Shown piece after piece: positions 60,154 through 64,000 of a stretch of DNA of 64,000 nt. The DNA lies in contig OZ251539.1 in the NCBI GenBank assembly GCA_965243135.1, positions 2,304,001 to 2,368,000 of the forward strand. The letters are read 5' to 3'. The DNA is from Alphaproteobacteria bacterium. GTDB taxonomy: Bacteria > Pseudomonadota > Alphaproteobacteria > MPNO01 > UBA830. A program made the position numbers and the translations under genes. The stretch's first letter is position 1; every line of letters starts with the position of its first letter. Below the pieces are notes generated by a model. That model ran no database searches, was not told the DNA's origin, and saw only the letters and a list, made by a program, of their open reading frames with translations.

Positions 60154-61889
60154 AAGCTCCCCGGGCGCTGGTCGCGGTCGCCATGGCGACGCTGGCGGTC
60201 GTCCCGACCTTCGGCAGCGCCTATATCACCGACTTTCTCTTCACCCTCATGATCGCGTTCGTTCTGGCGCAAAGCTGGGATTGGATCGGCGGCGAAGCGG
60301 GCTACATCAACCTCGCTCACTACACGTTTTTCGGGATCGGAGCCTACGCCTTCTGCCTGTCTCTGGTCGGCGGCGTCCCGATACCGTGGTGCTTCGCGAT
60401 CGCTTTCGCGGTCACGACGCTCATCGCGGCGATTCTGAGCTTTCCGCTCTTCCGGCTTCGCGGCGACTACTTCGCGTTCGCGACGCTGGCTATGCTGCCG
60501 CTGTCCGAACTGCTCGCGCATAATTTCGAATTCACCGGCGGCGCGGACGGCGTGATCCTGCCCCCGGAATACGTGCTTTTCGAAGCCTATTACATCGCGA
60601 TCGCCCTCGCCGCCGCCGCTGTCGGAATCACTGTCTGGCTCAACCGAATCCGGTTCGGATACGCCCTCAAGGGAATCCGCAACGACGAGGAAGCCGCCGA
60701 GGTGTGCGGCATCCGCGTCTTTCCCGCCAAGGCCGGCGTGCTGGCGCTGAGCGCGGGTCTCGCGTCCCTCGCCGGAGCGGTGTCGGGATGGAAGCTGAGC
60801 TTCATCGATCCTCCGACCGTGTTCGGCCTGGACGTCGCCCTGATTCCGCTGGCGATGGCGCTTCTCGGCGGATCGGGACTGCTGTGGGGACCGGTGGCCG
60901 GCGTGATCGTCCTCGGCACGCTGAATCATCTGCTCGTCGTCAACCTGCCGTTCCTCCAGATCGCGATCTTCGGGCTGGTGCTGCTTCTGATCGGACGCTT
61001 CATGCCGGGCGGGCTGCTGCGGTCGGGGCTTGTGCGGAATTCGCGCGTCTTCGGGTTTCTCGGGCGCGAGCATTACGAGCGGGTTTCCGTCGGCGAGATC
61101 GACGCCGCCGACCGCCTCGCGCTGCCGGAAGGGAAAGCCGATTCCTCGCGCGTCATTCTCGATTGCCGCGGCGTCACCATGGCCTTCGGCGGAAACGTCG
61201 CCGTCGACGACGTCCATCTGACGGTCAGGCAGGGGGAAATCATCGGGCTGGTCGGCGCCAACGGCTCCGGCAAGACCACCCTGTTCAACTGCGTCTCGAA
61301 AGTTCTGGAACCCGGGGCCGGCGACATCGTGTTCGATGGCGAAAGCCTGATCGGCCGCCGCCGCGACGCCGTATCGAAAATGGGACTCGGCCGAACCTAT
61401 CAGATCCCGCGACCGTTCTCCGACCTGACGGTGCGGGAGAACATCGCAATCCCCATCATGTTCCGCGAAGGCGGACGGGTCGGCTTGCCGGAAGCGTTGA
61501 CGCGCGCCGCGGAGTTCGCGGCCTACGCCGGCCTGGAGCCGCATCTCGCGACGCGGGCGGACGGCCTCAACCTGCAGCAAAAGAAGGCGCTCGAGTTCGC
61601 GCGGGCGCTCGCCTGCCGGCCCAAGCTGCTGCTGGTGGACGAGGTCGCGTCGGGACTCACGCCGGCCGAGGTGCGCGCTTTCGTCGAGCGCATCCGCGAA
61701 ATGCGGGATCGCTACGGCATGACCGTCATCTGGGTCGAACACATCTTTTCCGCGCTTTCCCAGGTCGTCGACCGGGTGGTGGTGATGGAACAGGGCCGCA
61801 TCATCGCAGACGGCGCGCTGGACGAAGTCGTGAAGGACGAGCGCGTCCTCAAGGCGTATCTGGGTTCGGCGGCACGGGAGGCCGAGTGA
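60150..61889 (+). CDS. Fused LivM permease / LivG ATPase
   Basis: RLRGDYFAFATL, IRNDEEAA; then GANGSGKT, RTYQIPRPF, LLLVDE, VEH, AYLG. Confidence 0.9.
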   Translation: MKAPRALVAVAMATLAVVPTFGSAYITDFLFTLMIAFVLAQSWDWIGGEAGYINLAHYTFFGIGAYAFCLSLVGGVPIPWCFAIAFAVTTLIAAILSFPLFRLRGDYFAFATLAMLPLSELLAHNFEFTGGADGVILPPEYVLFEAYYIAIALAAAAVGITVWLNRIRFGYALKGIRNDEEAAEVCGIRVFPAKAGVLALSAGLASLAGAVSGWKLSFIDPPTVFGLDVALIPLAMALLGGSGLLWGPVAGVIVLGTLNHLLVVNLPFLQIAIFGLVLLLIGRFMPGGLLRSGLVRNSRVFGFLGREHYERVSVGEIDAADRLALPEGKADSSRVILDCRGVTMAFGGNVAVDDVHLTVRQGEIIGLVGANGSGKTTLFNCVSKVLEPGAGDIVFDGESLIGRRRDAVSKMGLGRTYQIPRPFSDLTVRENIAIPIMFREGGRVGLPEALTRAAEFAAYAGLEPHLATRADGLNLQQKKALEFARALACRPKLLLVDEVASGLTPAEVRAFVERIREMRDRYGMTVIWVEHIFSALSQVVDRVVVMEQGRIIADGALDEVVKDERVLKAYLGSAAREAE

Positions 61890-61891
61890 CG

Positions 61892-62599
61892 ATGCTGGAG
61901 GTTTCCGGCCTGGCGGTCGACCACGGCAAGCTCCGGGCGCTCTGGAACGTCGGTTTCCGCGTCCGGGAAGGCGCGCGCGTCGGGCTTCTGGGAGCGAACG
62001 GCGCCGGGAAATCGACCACGCTCGGCGCGATCATCGGCCTTTACCCGATCGCGGCCGGGACGGCGACCTACAAAGGGCGCTCGCTGGTCGGGGCCGCCAC
62101 GCCGCGGAACGTCGACGAGGGAATCGCGCTCGTGCCCGAGGGCCGCCGGCTCTTCGCCGGCATGACGGTGCGCGAAAATCTCGAAATGGGCGCCTACGCG
62201 CCCGGCGCCCGCAAGCAGGTGGAGAACGGGTTTTCGCGGGTTCTCGACTTGTTTCCCGTCCTCGGCCAGAAATTCGCCGACCGCGCCGGAACCTTGTCCG
62301 GCGGGCAGCAGCAGATGCTCGCCATCGGCCGTGCGTTGATGTCGAACCCTCAGTTGATGCTGCTCGACGAGCCCTTCCTGGGCGTGGCGCCGATTCTGGT
62401 GGAAGAGGTCATGGCCGCCCTCGACCGCCTTTCCGGCGAGGGCGTCACGTTGCTTCTGGTCGAGCAGAACATCCACCGGGCGCTCGACTTCGTGCAGCAC
62501 GCCTACGTCATCGAAAACGGCCGAACGGTGCTCGACGGCACGAAAGACGACCTCTTGGGCGATCCGGATTTCAGCAACAAGTTCCTCGGCCTGGACTGA
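61892..62599 (+). CDS. LivF-like ABC ATPase
   Basis: GANGAGKS, VPEGRRLF, LSGGQQQMLAIGRALM, LLVEQN. Confidence 0.93.
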   Translation: MLEVSGLAVDHGKLRALWNVGFRVREGARVGLLGANGAGKSTTLGAIIGLYPIAAGTATYKGRSLVGAATPRNVDEGIALVPEGRRLFAGMTVRENLEMGAYAPGARKQVENGFSRVLDLFPVLGQKFADRAGTLSGGQQQMLAIGRALMSNPQLMLLDEPFLGVAPILVEEVMAALDRLSGEGVTLLLVEQNIHRALDFVQHAYVIENGRTVLDGTKDDLLGDPDFSNKFLGLD

Positions 62600-62753
62600 A
62601 AGGCGGCTCCGGCGGTTCGGGCGGGCGGGGCTCGCTGCGCAAGGTCTCCCAGAGCGGCGACGCCCCCGGCCGGCGGGTCCCGGAAAAAATCGCTCAAGTC
62701 GGCGACAACGGCTCCGAAGGCGCGGCGACGTCCTGGAAACGCCGCGCCGGCGC

Positions 62754-64000
62754 TCACGCGCCGACCGCCGAACCTCGGGCCTGCATGGCCCTCCACACGC
62801 GTTCGGGGGTGGCGGGCAAGTCGATATGGGTCACGCCGTACTCCGAGAGCGCATCGACGATCGCGTTGGCGACGGCCGCAGGGGCGACGGCCGCGCCGCC
62901 TTCGCTGCCGGGCTTGACGCCCAGGGGATTCGACGGGCTCGGCACCTCCATCAGCACCGTCCTGAACGGAGGCGAATCCTCCGCCCGCGGCATGGCGTAG
63001 TCCATGAGCGTCGCGGCGGCCATCTGCCCGGTTTCCTTGTCGTAGGCGCAACTCTCCATCAACGCCTGACCTACGCCCTGCATGACGCCCCCATGAGTCT
63101 GACCGTCGAGGGTCATGGGGTTTATGGCCCTCCCAACGTCGTCGACGGCCGTCCAGTCGACCACCGAAACCGCCCCCGTTTCCGGATCGATCTCGACCTC
63201 GGCGACGTGGCAACCCGAACCGATCACCGCCCGCGGCAGATGAACGTCCGCCTCCTCGCGCAACGGTCCTTCCGCATCTTCGGCGGCCTTTTTCGCGATT
63301 TCGAACAAGCCGACCGTCCTGTCTGTTCCGGCGACGGCGAACGTCCCGCGCGAATATTCGATATCCGTCTCCGCCGCCTCAAGAACGACAGCCGCGATCC
63401 GCCTGCCGCGCTCGACGATCCTGGCGCCGGCGTCGGAGAGCACGATCGCCCCCATGCGCATGCTGCGCCCCGAATGGCTGCCGCCGCCGTCCTTCAGGCG
63501 GTCGGTATCGCCATAGTTCACGTTGACCGCTTCGTAAGGAACCTGCAGAAGCTCCGCCAGCATCTGACTGAAGGACGTTCGGTGCCCCTGCCCGGTCGCC
63601 ATGGTGCCGATCTGAACGTCGATTTCGCCGTCGGGGCGGACGTGGATTTCCGCCCATTCGCGCGGATATCCCGTGGACAGGTCGGCGTAGTTGGAAATTC
63701 CGATCCCGCGCAGCATGCCGCGGCGGCGCGCTTCTTGCCGCCGGTTCTCGAAGCCGCGCCAGTTCGACGCCTCGGCGGCTTTCGCCATCGCCGCCGGATA
63801 ATCGCCGGAATCGTAGGTCATGCAGAAACCGTTGTCGTAAGGCATCGCATCCGGCGGGATCAGGTTGCGGCGGCGTATCTCCAGCCGGTCGAGGCCGGTC
63901 GCCGATGCCGCCATATCGATCATGCGCTCCATCGCGTACATGACCTCGGGGCGGCCGGCGCTGCGATAGGGATAGGTCGGCGGCGTATTGGTTTGCACGG
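62754..64000 (-). CDS. Xanthine dehydrogenase/CoxL-family large subunit (C-terminal part; runs off the window)
   Basis: PYRSAGRPE, YDSGDY, GQGHRT, NPLGVKPGSEGG. Confidence 0.9.
   Translation of the reverse strand, partial: VQTNTPPTYPYRSAGRPEVMYAMERMIDMAASATGLDRLEIRRRNLIPPDAMPYDNGFCMTYDSGDYPAAMAKAAEASNWRGFENRRQEARRRGMLRGIGISNYADLSTGYPREWAEIHVRPDGEIDVQIGTMATGQGHRTSFSQMLAELLQVPYEAVNVNYGDTDRLKDGGGSHSGRSMRMGAIVLSDAGARIVERGRRIAAVVLEAAETDIEYSRGTFAVAGTDRTVGLFEIAKKAAEDAEGPLREEADVHLPRAVIGSGCHVAEVEIDPETGAVSVVDWTAVDDVGRAINPMTLDGQTHGGVMQGVGQALMESCAYDKETGQMAAATLMDYAMPRAEDSPPFRTVLMEVPSPSNPLGVKPGSEGGAAVAPAAVANAIVDALSEYGVTHIDLPATPERVWRAMQARGSAVGA

Noticed and set aside
60150-61889. LivM-LivG fusion as a novelty
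   Set aside because: Such permease-ATPase fusions are common in this transporter family.
1-64000. CRISPR array, cas genes, rRNA or tRNA
   Set aside because: No regularly spaced repeats, cas motifs, rRNA sequence or cloverleaf seen by eye.

Overview
GC-rich (alphaproteobacterial-like) chromosomal window dominated by transport and aromatic/heterocycle catabolism. It holds peptide, TRAP and Liv-type transporters, an RND pump, hpnDE, a HpaB-like monooxygenase, a VanA/TsaM-like Rieske oxygenase, a hydroxyquinol-type dioxygenase, maleylacetate reductase, PcaD, a feruloyl-CoA-synthase cluster and two Cox/xanthine-dehydrogenase-family molybdoenzymes. The region is eroding. Four IS elements have identifiable TIRs and TSDs (IS66 271-3064, ISKra4-like 29726-31408, ISNCY/IS4-clan 32793-34441, ISAzo13 44457-45740); three of them split genes that are restored in frame when the element is removed. 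Several other genes have decayed by small deletions. Most notable: (1) the IS66 element lacks tnpA/tnpB, carries a translationally coupled DUF4338/Mom-like passenger, and moved using two 'right' ends, one a degraded inverted copy of the passenger's 3' end; (2) three dispersed copies of an AAA-ATPase/PD-(D/E)XK gene share a 3' tail, and two also share a leaderless promoter; (3) a ~185-bp MITE derived from the ISNCY-like element has an end overlapping the -35 box of the marR-hpaB promoter; (4) a 170-bp tandem duplication of a fic promoter. No rRNA, tRNA or CRISPR array was found. All family assignments come from motif recognition by eye, not database searches.
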